Positions 21,567 through 33,240 of a DNA stretch of 64,000 nt are shown here, piece by piece. The number at the start of each line of letters is the position of its first letter. The stretch's first letter is position 1. The notes below the pieces were generated by a model, which had not been told where the DNA came from, did no database searches, and worked only from the letters and a program-made list of their open reading frames with translations. This DNA is from Naegleria gruberi (Eukaryota), in assembly GCA_000004985.1 (NCBI GenBank), contig GG738856.1. One strand, given 5' to 3'. The translations under genes and the position numbers were made by a program.

Positions 21567-22847
21567 TCAATACACCTTATTGGGACAATCACTAGAATGT
21601 AAATCATACTGTAATTTAAAGTGCAAGGACAGAATCAGTTTTTGATTTGAACTGTTTGCAAGGCAGAGGAGATGTGAAAATTGGCCTCCTAGTTCGCTGG
21701 ACAGAAAACTTTTCTTTTCAATCACATCTTTAAGACGTAGCAATAGTGAAGCTCGTTCCATCAACGACACAAGGGAATTGGCTCTTGGTTGCTTTTCCTC
21801 ATGACCTTGAAGTTGGAGATCAATACCACCAAGAACTTGTTGAAGCTCTCTGGAACGGTCCATTCCAGATTGACCAATGTTATATTCTGGATGATTTTCA
21901 CAATTAAACAAGAGGAACATTAGTAGAAACATTGGAGAATTTCTCAATTCGTCCAACTTGGTAATACTCTTTGGGAATTCACCATCCATCATGAAAAAGT
22001 TGTTCTTATTCTTCTTACTTTCATTGTTTTGCACAGCAATTATGGTAGCCCAGTAATTTAACAATTTAGCTAACTCGAATCGTTCCTCTCTGTCTTCTTT
22101 TTCAATATTTTGATGAATGATGTGGGAAATCTCAAATAAAACATCCCAACAAGATGGACATGATCTTATTGAGGAAGGGATTGATCTTTCAAATGTATTA
22201 AGCTGAACCTTTGTCCTAGCTACATTTCCACATGTGGCAGTGACCCAACATGGATCAGTTCCAGTCTTGTACATGTTCAAATAGGATGTTCTGAAACAAA
22301 TATACCCCTGTTGATTATCAGAATTATCCATTAAGGTGTGTTTCAAATCCATCAGAACACATTTCACCTTCTCCTTTCTCTTCAGCACAATTTTAATATC
22401 TGAGCATAGATCATTTCTTGAATAAATAGCTGGTAAATAGGCATGAATAATCCAGCTATTATTGTGAGCGTTGTTGGAACCCTCCTTGGTGTTTGAAAAG
22501 ACAATACGAGAGAGTCTCTCCGAAGTTGTTACATTCTCTGGACATTCAATTCGAATGAGCAGTGCATTAAGCATCTGATTAATGACCATTTCATCTTGTT
22601 GAGAATATTCCCTCTCAACATTCATAGAGGCATAATCCTTACATGGCCCTTTAGAGTTTCTAAAGTATTTAAATAACGAAGATGATGATGAGGAGGTTGG
22701 TTTATTAAGGAGGAGAGTTGTTTCTTCCATTTTTTCAAATTTGCTTTTTTTCACTGAGTTGGTAGTAGTAACCGATTTATATAGAGCACACACGCTGTGA
22801 TGGAATATTGAATGAGGTAGAGTAGTTGTTGTGAGGGAACACTTCAA
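21567..22847 (-). CDS. Hypothetical 426-aa protein of unknown function
   Basis: Long ORF with host-like composition and a Ser-rich N-terminus. No motif I can assign with confidence. Confidence 0.55.
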   Translation of the reverse strand: MKCSLTTTTLPHSIFHHSVCALYKSVTTTNSVKKSKFEKMEETTLLLNKPTSSSSSSLFKYFRNSKGPCKDYASMNVEREYSQQDEMVINQMLNALLIRIECPENVTTSERLSRIVFSNTKEGSNNAHNNSWIIHAYLPAIYSRNDLCSDIKIVLKRKEKVKCVLMDLKHTLMDNSDNQQGYICFRTSYLNMYKTGTDPCWVTATCGNVARTKVQLNTFERSIPSSIRSCPSCWDVLFEISHIIHQNIEKEDREERFELAKLLNYWATIIAVQNNESKKNKNNFFMMDGEFPKSITKLDELRNSPMFLLMFLLFNCENHPEYNIGQSGMDRSRELQQVLGGIDLQLQGHEEKQPRANSLVSLMERASLLLRLKDVIEKKSFLSSELGGQFSHLLCLANSSNQKLILSLHFKLQYDLHSSDCPNKVY

Positions 22848-22911
22848 TTCTCATAAAAATCAAACTTCAGAACAAATGAGGGAAAATTGATATACATGTT
22901 GTGAATGAAAA

Positions 22912-23160
22912 TTATTTGAGTTTAACAACCTTTCGAACAATTTCCTTTACTTCTCTATAGAAATGCTTTCCATAAACTTTGGCCTTTCCAACATTGTCTG
23001 GTGCCGAATCGACAATCTTCTCCACCTGTTTCTCAGTCACTTGTACTATCTTTTGGACATTCTTATCGGAGGCAAGTTTCTTGGCCAATTTATCCTCAAC
23101 TTTGGGCATGATAATCTTTGAGAAAAACTTGGATACGAGTGTGCTTATAATTGAAAACAT
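22912..23160 (-). CDS. Possible small (82-aa) lysine/valine-rich amphipathic protein with a hydrophobic N-terminus
   Basis: ORF 'MFSIISTLVSKFFSKII...KVYGKHFYREVKEIVRKVVKLK'. It sits in an otherwise empty 300-bp gap between two minus-strand genes. It could be a real small protein or noise. Confidence 0.3.
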   Translation of the reverse strand: MFSIISTLVSKFFSKIIMPKVEDKLAKKLASDKNVQKIVQVTEKQVEKIVDSAPDNVGKAKVYGKHFYREVKEIVRKVVKLK

Positions 23161-23234
23161 TTTTTAATATTCTCTCTCTCCAAGAAGGTATCTCGTGTTT
23201 CTAGTGTACAATTTTAGTAAATTTCCAAACAAAA

Positions 23235-23579
23235 CTATTCCACAAGAATACTCTTGTAATGGCCACTGTGCAATCCAAGAAACTTTTCTCTCAGATAGGT
23301 GCATGTTACCTTTACTTTCCAATTGTGTTGGAGAGCATAATCGAAACATGCTTTCGCAAAAGGCATGGCAATTCCTTTTCCTCTGTATGCTTGTGGTACT
23401 TCAATGTGATAGAATTCATAGATATGAGTTGGAGTCACTTCGGAAATTTCATGGTGATCACGTTGATGATACTTTTTCTTTTCAAATGATAGAGTTGCAT
23501 AATGTTTACCATCATCCAATAGACATGAAAATTTATCGGATTTAAGTTCAAGCTTTTCAGCATACTGTTGCTCTGACAT
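23235..23579 (-). CDS. Small GNAT-fold N-acetyltransferase of the YjdJ/NATD1 type
   Basis: 'YHIEVPQAYRGKGIAMPFAKACFDYALQHNWKVKVTCTY' matches the conserved core of the ~100-aa YjdJ-type acetyltransferase family. Probable start at MSEQQ. Confidence 0.7.
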   Translation of the reverse strand: MSEQQYAEKLELKSDKFSCLLDDGKHYATLSFEKKKYHQRDHHEISEVTPTHIYEFYHIEVPQAYRGKGIAMPFAKACFDYALQHNWKVKVTCTYLREKFLGLHSGHYKSILVE

Positions 23580-23657
23580 TTTTTTAATTATTTGGTGGTC
23601 ATGCAACGATTGACAACAGTAGTACATAAAAGGACTTTTTTTCTTTCTTAATAAAAT

Positions 23658-26600
23658 TTATGATAAGGTAGATGATGGATTGAAAATATTGCCATTCGAT
23701 AATGAATCCACAAATGGGTCACTGAAGCTTCTATTAATTCTTTCGGATGTTGGAGTATATTGAGGTTGCTGAGCTTGGTTTACTGGCTTTCTAATTGGCA
23801 CAGGTTGAAGTTGTGGAACCATGCTGAAATTGGATAAGCTACCACCAGATACACCTTTTGGATCTTGTATCACTTTGGCTGGAGAAGTCAAGCTTTTTGG
23901 ATCAGGTTTTACAGAACCATTGTTAGTAGGTTGTTGGGTAGTGCTAACAATGAGTTGATGCTGGTGAACTTGAGAAAATATTGATTGTGGCTTATCCATA
24001 CTGAGGTTTTCTAAATTCTTACTGATGAGTGAAGTTAATTCATTATTGTCAGTTGGTTTAACTACCACGTTCACATTGACATTCAACTGACCAGCTGGCT
24101 TGGCAACTGGCTTGACTGGAGCTGTTGGTGATGCATTTGATGAAACTCCAATCTGATTTGGTGTTGTTGGAGTTGTTTTGATTCTGTCATCACTAATTGA
24201 GCTGGTAGTAGTTTGAATTGATGTACCAATAATTTTAAAGGAATTGTTTGAAGATTGTCTCAACTTATTTACAATAGTTGTGGCAGTAATTAATGAGGAA
24301 CCCTCTGATGGTAATTTAACCTCAGTGAGCTTGTTTTCCATATCATTAATTAGTCTGGCACTGAGATTTGACATTTGGTAAGGATTTACAATCTTCAAAT
24401 TACTATTATTTGAGACTGGATCAAATTGGAATGGTGTCATTTTGGTTTCGAGAGGAACGTTGAATTTTTTCATCAGCTCCATTTGCTCCTTTCTTTGTTT
24501 TGCCTTCAAAAGTTCCATTTCTTCATACTGTTTTTGTAATAATTGCTCCCATTGTGCTTCAAAATCATCAGACTTTACCGCAACATTTGATCTTGCATTG
24601 GTTGGACTTGTTCGTGTTGACTTGTTAGGTTGTGTTACATTTGTAGTTACAACATTCGTATTGTTAAGGGCAGGGCTGGATTGATTTCTTAAAAGAGGAG
24701 AGTTGGATTTCTGTTCAGGTGACTCCTTTTTAACAGCTTCACCAACCTTTTTTGTTTCCACAGTGAGGGGTTTTTCTGTCTTGGTAGAGTCAAAATTGTT
24801 TGAGAGGAGGGTAGGTGTTGTTGTTTTTGGGGATGGAGAAGTATTTGATGTTGAAGTTGTTGGAGAGGAAATGTTAGCTTGAGTATTATTATTGGTGGCA
24901 CTCTTATTCTGGTCAGTAGTAGCTACTCCAACACCATTCTGTGGTGTAGTGTTGATTGGTTTTGGAGGATTATTTGGTGTTTGTTTGATTTGTTGCTGAT
25001 TATTGACAGGTGTTGCACCATTTGTTTTTGGTGTGTTATTAGCTTGCTGAGGTGTCACTACTGGTTTGAGAGTTAATTCATTTGTCTTTGGAGTGGAAAG
25101 AGGAGGAAGCTTCTTATCAACAAATGGAGTTATTTCCTTAATAACTGGACCATTAAAAGGTGAAATTGGTTGTGGAACAACTGGACTTGAAAGGTTAATA
25201 ATTTCAGCTTCTCTCACTGGTGTACCCTTTGTTGGTGAATCGATAGGTTGATCCCTTTTGGTTGGAGTGGTTGACCTTTTTGGTGGTTCAATAATTACAG
25301 GAGTTTCTACAATTTCTAAAGATTTCTCTTTTGTAATTTCAGAAATGGATTTAACTGAAGTAGTTGGTTCTGTGTTTGAAGAAGAACTATCACTCTCAGC
25401 ACTACCCTTAGTTGTTAAGAAATCGAGCTTGGCCTTTGTTAGACAATCAGATAGTGCTTTTGATATCGAGTCAACGAATGATTCTGTGAGTGAAAGTTCA
25501 TTCACCATTTCTCGAGCAACTTCTATTGGGGTGTCTTTCTTCAAGTTGAAAGCAAATTTGATTTCCTTATATTTTTTGTTTCCGTCCACCTTAATATATA
25601 GCTTTGTATTAACAGAATATTTGTCATTAGTAGGATCATTTCCAAGAACAACTCTGACATCTTCTCGTTCTTCTTCTTCATCAGATGAAGATACTTCATT
25701 ATCCTCTTCCTCGATGCCAAAATAAAAGATTGTATCATTATTTGTAATATCAGTCATAAATCTATGATTCATCAATTCGGCTGCACTTGGACGTATATCC
25801 TTATGACAAATGCATAAATTAATAAATTCTTTCACGTCGGGATCTTTAACTCTTTCTATACCTTCTGGTTTAACACCAGATGTTACTCGTCTATATACTT
25901 GGGCAATACTGTTACATTCACTATAAGGATATTCACCAGTGACCATTTCCAAAACACAAAGGCCAAATGCATAAATATCAACCTTCTCGTTATAACGTTC
26001 CTCATAAAATTCTGGAGCCATAAATTCTGGTGTACCATTCACTGAAGTTGCAAACTTTTTATCTTTCATGCTTACTGAAAGACCCAAGTCTCCAATTTTA
26101 ACTTCTCCTCTACTGCCATTCATGAAAATATTATCACATTTCAAGTCTCTGTGAATGATCGAGTGGGCGTGAAGGTAACTCAGACCTTCTAACACTTGTT
26201 TACACCACTTTTTAATATTTCTCAATCTTACTTTCTTTGAATTTCTTATGAAACTAGATGGAAATTTGTTAAAATTTAAAAAAGAGCTAAATCACTTACT
26301 CTTTTAAGGTACCAGAACTCATTAATTCTGTAATAAATATTAAATAATCGTCTTCAGTTTCCCACGAATCATATATATTAATTATTGATGCATGTTTTAA
26401 TTGTCCAAGTATACTAATTTCCTGCATAATCTTTTTCTTTTGGTTTGGTGCAACACCAGCAAGTTTGATTTGATTCCAAGCGACTTCAATACCCTCTTCG
26501 GTATCATACGCCCTGTAGCTGTTTAGTGTTGGTGATGATGATTATTGAAAACATTAAATATATTATTACAATAATATTATACTTACACTGTCTTGAAGGC

Positions 26601-26666
26601 TCCGGAACCTAATAATTCCTTCTTCGAATACCTTCCTTTGGGATCAGTTTTAATTTCTTTCGACAT
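23658..26666 (-). CDS. WNK (with-no-lysine) protein kinase. Three exons: join(26666..26587, 26518..26300, 26253..23658). The kinase domain is at the extreme N-terminus, as in plant WNKs, with a ~600-aa Thr/Ser/Asn/Pro-rich low-complexity tail.
   Basis: Exon 1 reads '[27 protein letters not shown]', with the catalytic Lys in the glycine loop. Exon 2 reads '[19 protein letters not shown]', with no Lys in beta-3. Exon 3 reads 'IIHRDLKCDNIFMNGSRGEVKIGDLGL...GTPEFMAPEFYEERYNEKVDIYAFGLCVLEMVTGEYPYSEC'. Both introns are GTAAGT...AG (68 and 46 nt). Confidence 0.9.
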
Positions 26667-27708
26667 GGTTAATAGTTGTTGTTATATAAAAATTGTTTGA
26701 TAGCACAGTTGATAAACTCTGCTTTCGCTGAGTTGATTGTTTGGTTGATATTGTTGTGTAATGTACCACAACAGAACAAGATGATAGTTTTTCCAGTTTG
26801 ATAAAATCCAATATTTGCCAGATGAGAGCCCAGATATCGAAAAGAAATCGAGTATACTATTATTAAAACTTCTCTTGTAGATTGAAGTGATGAACAGTGG
26901 TTCAATTTCTTGAAGAATGGATCTTTGAAGAGAATCCGAATAGAGTTTAATTGATGATGATTCGGTGTTTGTTTCTAGAGCCAATTTTGTGCAATAGATA
27001 TCTTCCAATTAAATCTCTAATGTTCCGTTTTGTGAGAGTAAAATTGATAATCAATCCAATTGATATTGTTGAATATTATATGTTCAATATAATTATTGTT
27101 GACTATTAGAAGGCCTTCCACAACTTTGTTCGTGGACACAAAAATCCGTGATGAGTTCGAGTTTTTTTCGAAATGAATGTCTTCTTCCCTTGTTCTTCAT
27201 CTCATCACAGTGCAAAATTCAAGCGGTAAATAAAACTGTAGAGAACAACCACAACGCTATGATTTGATGGCACAGGTTACCAAGCAAGAACATTGCCCAT
27301 CAAGCTTGGCGTTTAAAGGGAAACACAAGACCATTTGTATTAACACCTTGAGCGAAATTACAATTAATTGGATTGACAAGTAGTTGGCGGGAAACGAATC
27401 ATACACAAGCTAGGCTATTTCTTCTCAAATTGTTGTCTTTCTCAAATTCTTCCTTATGAAGAAGAGAATTCAGAGTTTAGTATGATGAGATGCAATAGTG
27501 AGACAATTCCAATGTGCACCTTCTCCTTCAAGCTCTTAATGGCGTTATTGAACAAGATGGTATTATTAGATAAAAATGTTACATGCTGGTAAATTGTTTG
27601 GTTCTAATGAATTCCAAAATCAACAACAACCAATAGAATCTTCTTCACCTCCCCCAAAATTTCATCAACAACAGAAAGAAGATTAACATCCCTTCTCTCC
27701 CATTTACA

Positions 27709-28558
27709 GTTGGTTGCTTCTCCTTTTGTTAGACATTCAACCAATGTTGTGCAATACTTTTCCAACAATAATAATAACAAAATAGTGGAAGATGTTAATG
27801 TAAATCATCACAAAATAATCAAGAAGGAAAACAAACAATTTAATAATTCAACACCAAATCAATCCGATAATACTCTCCTTCAAAATTTACTTTCAAAATC
27901 TTCATCATCAAAAAGAAAGAATTTGATTAATGATAACAACATCCAACAAACACCAACAATAGACAATCAAACATTGAATCAATTAGCAGATGCTTCAACA
28001 CGTTCCAAAACATCGGGTGCTGATGTATTATTGCAATTTTCACCTCTAGTTTCTGGCCAAATCAAACAAGCACAAGTTACTTATATTTCTCCTCATTCTG
28101 CTTCGGAATCTGCCGATTCAACTTCAATGCAAGCTGGAGTTTTATTGGTTGCTTCTACGAGAGCAGATTTGAGAAGAGCTTTTATTGAAAGATTGTGTCA
28201 AGCTGCTGTGGAAAGATCTGCATTGGTTTACTCTATTGCAACACAAGGTGGTGTCAATGTTTCAACAGATGGTGTTTACAAATTATCAACTCATCCAACA
28301 TTATCAAGAAGAGCCATTTTGAATGCATTATTGAGACATGGAGCTCACTTATTAGTGTTTGGTACAATCAGCACGAGAGATGATGTCATGTCTTTGATGG
28401 ATGCTGCCTATACAGGTTATCATTGTGTTGCTGAGATTTATGGTGAATCAGCTCATGACGTTCTTTCAAGATTGGAAGCTATTGGAGTTGATGTTTCAAT
28501 GTTACCTCAAAATTTGAGAATAGTTGTTCCAGCAAATACTACTTCATCTCTTACATAA
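27709..28558 (+). CDS. Protein whose C-terminal ~190 aa resembles the C-terminal half of PilT/VirB11/GspE-type secretion ATPases (Asp-box and His-box regions) but lacks a Walker A. Probable upstream exon(s) not defined.
   Basis: 'ILNALLRHGAHLLVFGTISTRDDVMSLMDAAYTGYHCVAEIYGESAHDVLSRLEAIGVDVSML' is comparable to GspE '[58 protein letters not shown]'. The Walker A position reads 'ASTRADLRR' and the Walker B Glu is replaced by Thr. A TTTACAG acceptor immediately precedes 27709. The N-terminus is Asn-rich low complexity. Confidence 0.55.
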
Positions 28559-28743
28559 TTTTATTGTAATGCAAAGTGTAATGGTGCTGTTCTGTAAGAG
28601 ATAACGTTGGATGGATTGGAGATAATTTTGTATTGTTGAAACATTATTAGAAAAACGCTTTAAAACGCTTAATAATTTTCATGATGAATAAAGTTATGAT
28701 AGAATAACAGAAAATATTTTTCCAAGGTAAGAATCCCAAAAGG

Positions 28744-28817
28744 TTACAGCGAGCGGGGCTTGAACCCGCGACCTTAAGCGTGTTAGGCTTACGATCTAAC
28801 CAACTGATCTATCGCTG
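28744..28817 (-). tRNA. tRNA-Val (anticodon AAC)
   Basis: The minus-strand read is GCAGCGATAGATCAGTTGGTTAGATCGTAAGCCTAACACGCTTAAGGTCGCGGGTTCAAGCCCCGCTCGCTGTA. Cloverleaf: 7-bp acceptor, D-arm, anticodon loop CTAACAC, T-arm GCGGG/TTCAAGC/CCCGC. Confidence 0.85.
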
Positions 28818-29023
28818 CTTACACTGTTTTTATCCTTAATACATCGAGAGCCTTAATTTAGAGTTAGATGGTAGAGGTTTGAATTTAAAGGTTCGTATTC
28901 CATTCGAGTAGCCTTAATTAATAAAAAGAAGAATAATCTATTAAAATCTTTTAAGAGACACTAGTTAAAAATTGGTTAGAAACAGGTTCATAGTTCGTTA
29001 ATGAATAAGTTCAATTAAAAAAA

Positions 29024-30301
29024 ATGCTCAACAACATTTATGCTCTCATCACTGGCAATCCACTGCCATCATCAGATTCATTGCAATTAAATAATACGCC
29101 AGAGGATGAGGAAAAATCAAATCAATCGTGTCCACCGTCATTCTATGAAGAGAGTGGGATCTTTTTTAAAAGTTATGATTCTTTGGAATATTGTAAATAT
29201 TTGTATGATCCAAATCAATTCGTTGCACAATTTAAGAGTTGTTTAGAGGAAGAGAATTTTACCAAGTTGAGAAATTTGAGAATTCTTATTCAACATCAAA
29301 CAACTCATATATGTCGTACTAGAAAGTATAATTTCAGGCCAATTAAGGTGGAAGGTGAGGTTAAGAAGAAGAATGTTGAATTGAAAGAGCATGTATTAGT
29401 GAATGCTTCCATCAATAGTAAATATTATAGAAATGAATTATTGGATGTGAGTGATAAGGTTGGAAATCCAGAGAAGGATACTCAAGTTTTGGTTTTTAAC
29501 GGAGATTGCCTTGATATTGCATTCCATGTTCAAGATTTATTGATGAAGGAAGGTCAATTAGGAAAGGAACGAGTTGCGGTTTTGAATATGGCCAATCCCG
29601 AGCAACCAGGAGGAGGATACAAGACTGGGTGCGGGTAAGTTAGTAACTACTATTTCAATTAATTTAATTTAACCTTTAAAAGAGCTCAAGAAGAAAACTT
29701 ACATAGAAGATCAAACTTGTATCAATGTTTGGATAATCCAGTTGATAGAATCGATAAGAAAAGAACATGGTCCTATCCAATTGGTTATGAGAGTGGTGTC
29801 TTTAGCCCAGATGTAACTGTTTTTAGAGGTTGTGAGGCCAAGGGTTATCCACTCCTCTCAGCTCCAAGATTAATTGATGTTATCACCGCAGCAGCAGTTC
29901 CTAATTCTGCATACAATGATGGAAGTATCGATAATAGAAATATTGGATCCATTGAGGCAATATTGAAAATTGCAGTTCAACATAAGGTGAGAAATCTTGT
30001 TCTTTCAGCTTTGGGTTGTGGAGCTTTTAGAAATTCTCCAACAGCTATCGCTCAAGTTTTCAAGGAAAAGATTGAAAGCACTGAATTCAAAGGTCATTTT
30101 GATAGAGTTTTCTTTGCAATTATCGATGATCACAATGCAAAGAAAGTGCACAATCCAGATGGAAATATCAAACCATTCGTCCAAGTGTTTTCTAAATATT
30201 TGAAGGAGAGAGAAGATTTGCCACAACTCATTGGACAACAATTTGATTATGATTATGATAACATGGCATTAGAATATCATGAATTCTATGCAAATCTCTA
30301 A
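29024..30301 (+). CDS. TIGR02452/DUF2263-family macro-domain-like (PARG-like) protein. Two exons: join(29024..29634, 29683..30301).
   Basis: Exon 1 ends 'VLNMANPEQPGGGYKTGCG'. The intron is GTAAGT...TTTAAAAG (48 nt, phase 2). Exon 2 continues 'AQEENLHRRSNLYQCL...LSALGCGAFRNSPTAIAQVFKE', the conserved GCGAFxN block of this family. Confidence 0.85.
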
Positions 30302-30563
30302 ATATGATACTTATTTTTGTAATAAAACAATGGATAAGAATAGAATCGTAACATAAAATTATGAATCCATATTTTTCAAATAAAAAAAATGAAAAGTGAA
30401 AAAAATATGGTAAAAAATAGGTCTCAATCAGAGGTTATTTTCTAAAGAAATACTTGTCATTACTTGCTGAAATTTGAGACGTATCTACACATAGTTGTAT
30501 TCTATCTACTATAAAAAAATAGCAATTTATCATAAAAAGATGAAGAAACTAAAATATATTTTC

Positions 30564-30634
30564 TGCGTCGACCGGGAATTGAACCCGGGTCACGGCGATG
30601 GCAACGCCGTATTCTACCACTAAACCATCGACGC
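30564..30634 (-). tRNA. tRNA-Gly (anticodon GCC)
   Basis: The minus-strand read is GCGTCGATGGTTTAGTGGTAGAATACGGCGTTGCCATCGCCGTGACCCGGGTTCAATTCCCGGTCGACGCA, a canonical eukaryotic tRNA-Gly(GCC). Confidence 0.9.
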
Positions 30635-30961
30635 TTCACATTTATCACCTCAAAATTGTATATCTGAACATAAACCATATTATCTGTTTAACTCTTCATC
30701 CGTTACAAACTGAAACAAAGGATGTTTGATACATGCATTCTCCTCTTACACCTCATCGTTATCATGAACCAAAGGATATCCAAGAATCATCTTCTCCATC
30801 ACCATTTCAAGCAGTGCCCACAAGCGCTCAACGGCTTGCAAAAAAATCAACAATTTTGAAACATCACAAATTTTCAATTATCAAATTCTTTGGCCGCCGA
30901 ACACAACAAGTAACAAAGGAAGAAATTAATATATAATTATTTAAATTGTTAACAAAGAGAA

Positions 30962-33236
30962 ATGAAACACATTCCACATTTAAAACCAGGCCAATGCCAT
31001 GAAAATGATAAAGCCGAAGTTGTTCTTTTACATGAACCAGGATTAGAAGCCTTGTTAGGATCACTTCATGCTTCCGGTTCATTGTTTGAAAAACCAGTTA
31101 ATTTGCAATTAGCTAGAAAAAATCATCAAGGTTTTAAAGAAGCCCTGAGAAGACACGGAGTTAAAGTTATGGATGTTAGAGATATTTTGGCAATGAATTG
31201 TGAGCATTCTTTGAAATGCAGAGTTGAATTGGAAGAATTAGCTTTAAAGTGTATGAAATATGTTTGTGATGATGGTGATGATGAAGCAACAACAGATTTT
31301 AATGATTTAACATCAATTCAAAAGTATTTATTAACTGATGATTATAAGAGAGAATGTTTATCAACAATGGGTGTTAATGATTTAATTGATATCATCTTGT
31401 TGGGTCCAACTGTTAGATTGGTTCCTTCATCAACAAATACTCCAATGAGATTGGAAAGATTAGGTATGAGACCTCTTCTTAACTTGACCTTTACTCGGGA
31501 CCAACAAATTGTCACCAATAGAGGTCTTGTTATTTGTCGTATGGGAAGTTTGCAAAGACATCAAGAAACTAAAATTTTGAAATTCTGTTTTGAAAAGTTG
31601 GGATATGAAATTTTGGGAGAAATTAAAGAGCCAGGTATTATTGAAGGAGGTGACTTTTTGGTTGGTGGTGCTGATATCTGTTATATTGGTGAAGGTTTGA
31701 GAACTAATCCAGATGCCATTCGTCAAATGCTTGATAATGATTGGTTTGGAACTAGACGTGTTGCTGTCGTTCATGATTACTTTGATTGTGATCAACAAAG
31801 AATGCACTTGGATACCTTCTTTAACATTTGTTCACACAATTGTTGTGTCATGCTTGAAACTGTTATGGGAGAAAACTCTCCACTCAGACGTTTGGTTACT
31901 GAATATACCAAGAATGAACAAGGAAAGTATGAAGTGACTCGTTTCAATGTTGAATTTTCCAAATATATTAAGGAAGAAGGTTATCATATTATCTCAGTTA
32001 CTGAAAAGCAACAAGAAATGTATGGTATCAACTTTTTGAACATTGGTGGAGGTATCAACATCACTATGGATGAATCAACCAGTAGAAAGATGTTGCAAGA
32101 TCCAAACTTTGATGGTGAAATTGACCGTATTGATTACTCTGGTATGACTACCATGTATGGTTCTCTCCATTGTTCATCTCAAGTTCTTCAAAGAAAGAAG
32201 ATTGAAGTCAATGAATTCAGAAATGTTCCAACAACTGTTGCCGAACAACCATACATGCACCCATGTAAGGAATTTGACTCTCAATCATCAAAGAACGTTT
32301 TACTTGTTGTTCCAAGTTATCACACTGTTCATGCTACTAATAGCAAGTCATTGTCAGCTGCCAAGCATGAAGCTATTTCCAATACTGATATCAGTAGAAT
32401 TAAGGAACAACACAGACATATTCTCTCCGAAATTCACAAGGAACTTACTCAACATGATGTCAATTGTGTAATCTTTACTCAAAGACCAGATATTCCAGGT
32501 GACTCTACTGCTCACTTCCCAACTCACAACATTTCTTCACACGCCAATAATATCATTCTTTATTATAAGGAATCTGAACGTTCTGATAGAATGGACAAGT
32601 TGGCCAAGACTTTGAACATGTTCTACAAGGAAAAGGCAACCATTCAAAAGAATGTTGAGGATCAAACCACTCTTGATTTTATTCAAGGTACTGCCAGTTT
32701 AGTTTTCGATAGAATCAAGAAGAGAGCATTCTATGTGTTNNNNNNNNNNNNNNNNNNNNNNNNNNNNNNNNNNNNNNNNNNNNNNNNNNAAGATTGAATC
32801 ATTTGTCAAGTCATTGGGTTACAATGAATTTATTCCATTTGCTAAGGAAAGATACACAAGAGGTTCTCTTGATATTTTGGACTATTCCAACTCTCACTTG
32901 TTCATTGGTACCAAGTTTGTTGTTATGTGTAGAGATGAATTCATTAATGAAGGTGATTATGAAAAATTGCAATCCTACTTTACTGATAGAACTATCATTT
33001 CCATCTCTAAGGAACAAAGAATGTGCAATTGCATTAACGGCCTTATTGAACTCCAATCTAAGGATGGAAAGATTATTCTCTTTGCTTCCAAGCTTTCTTT
33101 GAATGTTTTGAAGGATGAACAACTTGAAAAGATCAAGGCATCCGTAGACGAAGTTGTCCCAATTGATTTGAGTATTCTTGAATCGAGATATCACGTTTCA
33201 TTGAACAACTTGATTGCTCCACTCTTTGTTGAATAA
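30962..33236 (+). CDS. Long-form pentein-fold enzyme of the amidinotransferase / arginine-deiminase family (PF02274-like). The ORF is interrupted by the assembly gap at 32740-32789.
   Basis: The N-terminus 'AEVVLLHEPGLEALLGSLHASGSLFEKPVNLQLARKNHQGFKEALRRHGVKVMDVRDIL' is the family's N-terminal block. 'GGDFLVGGADICYIGEGLRTNPDAI', 'RMHLDTFFNI' and the C-terminal catalytic 'YGSLHCSSQVL' are present. The reading frame continues after the N-run to a TAA at 33236. Confidence 0.75.
32740..32789. other. Assembly gap (50 N)
   Basis: A run of n characters. The flanking sequence lies inside one coding gene. Confidence 0.99.
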
Positions 33237-33240
33237 ATAT

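Noticed and set aside
26682-27008. 108-aa minus-strand ORF immediately upstream of the WNK start codon
   Set aside because: It is in a different frame from WNK exon 1, has no splice junction that joins it in frame, and has no protein motif. It is most likely 5'-UTR or promoter sequence.
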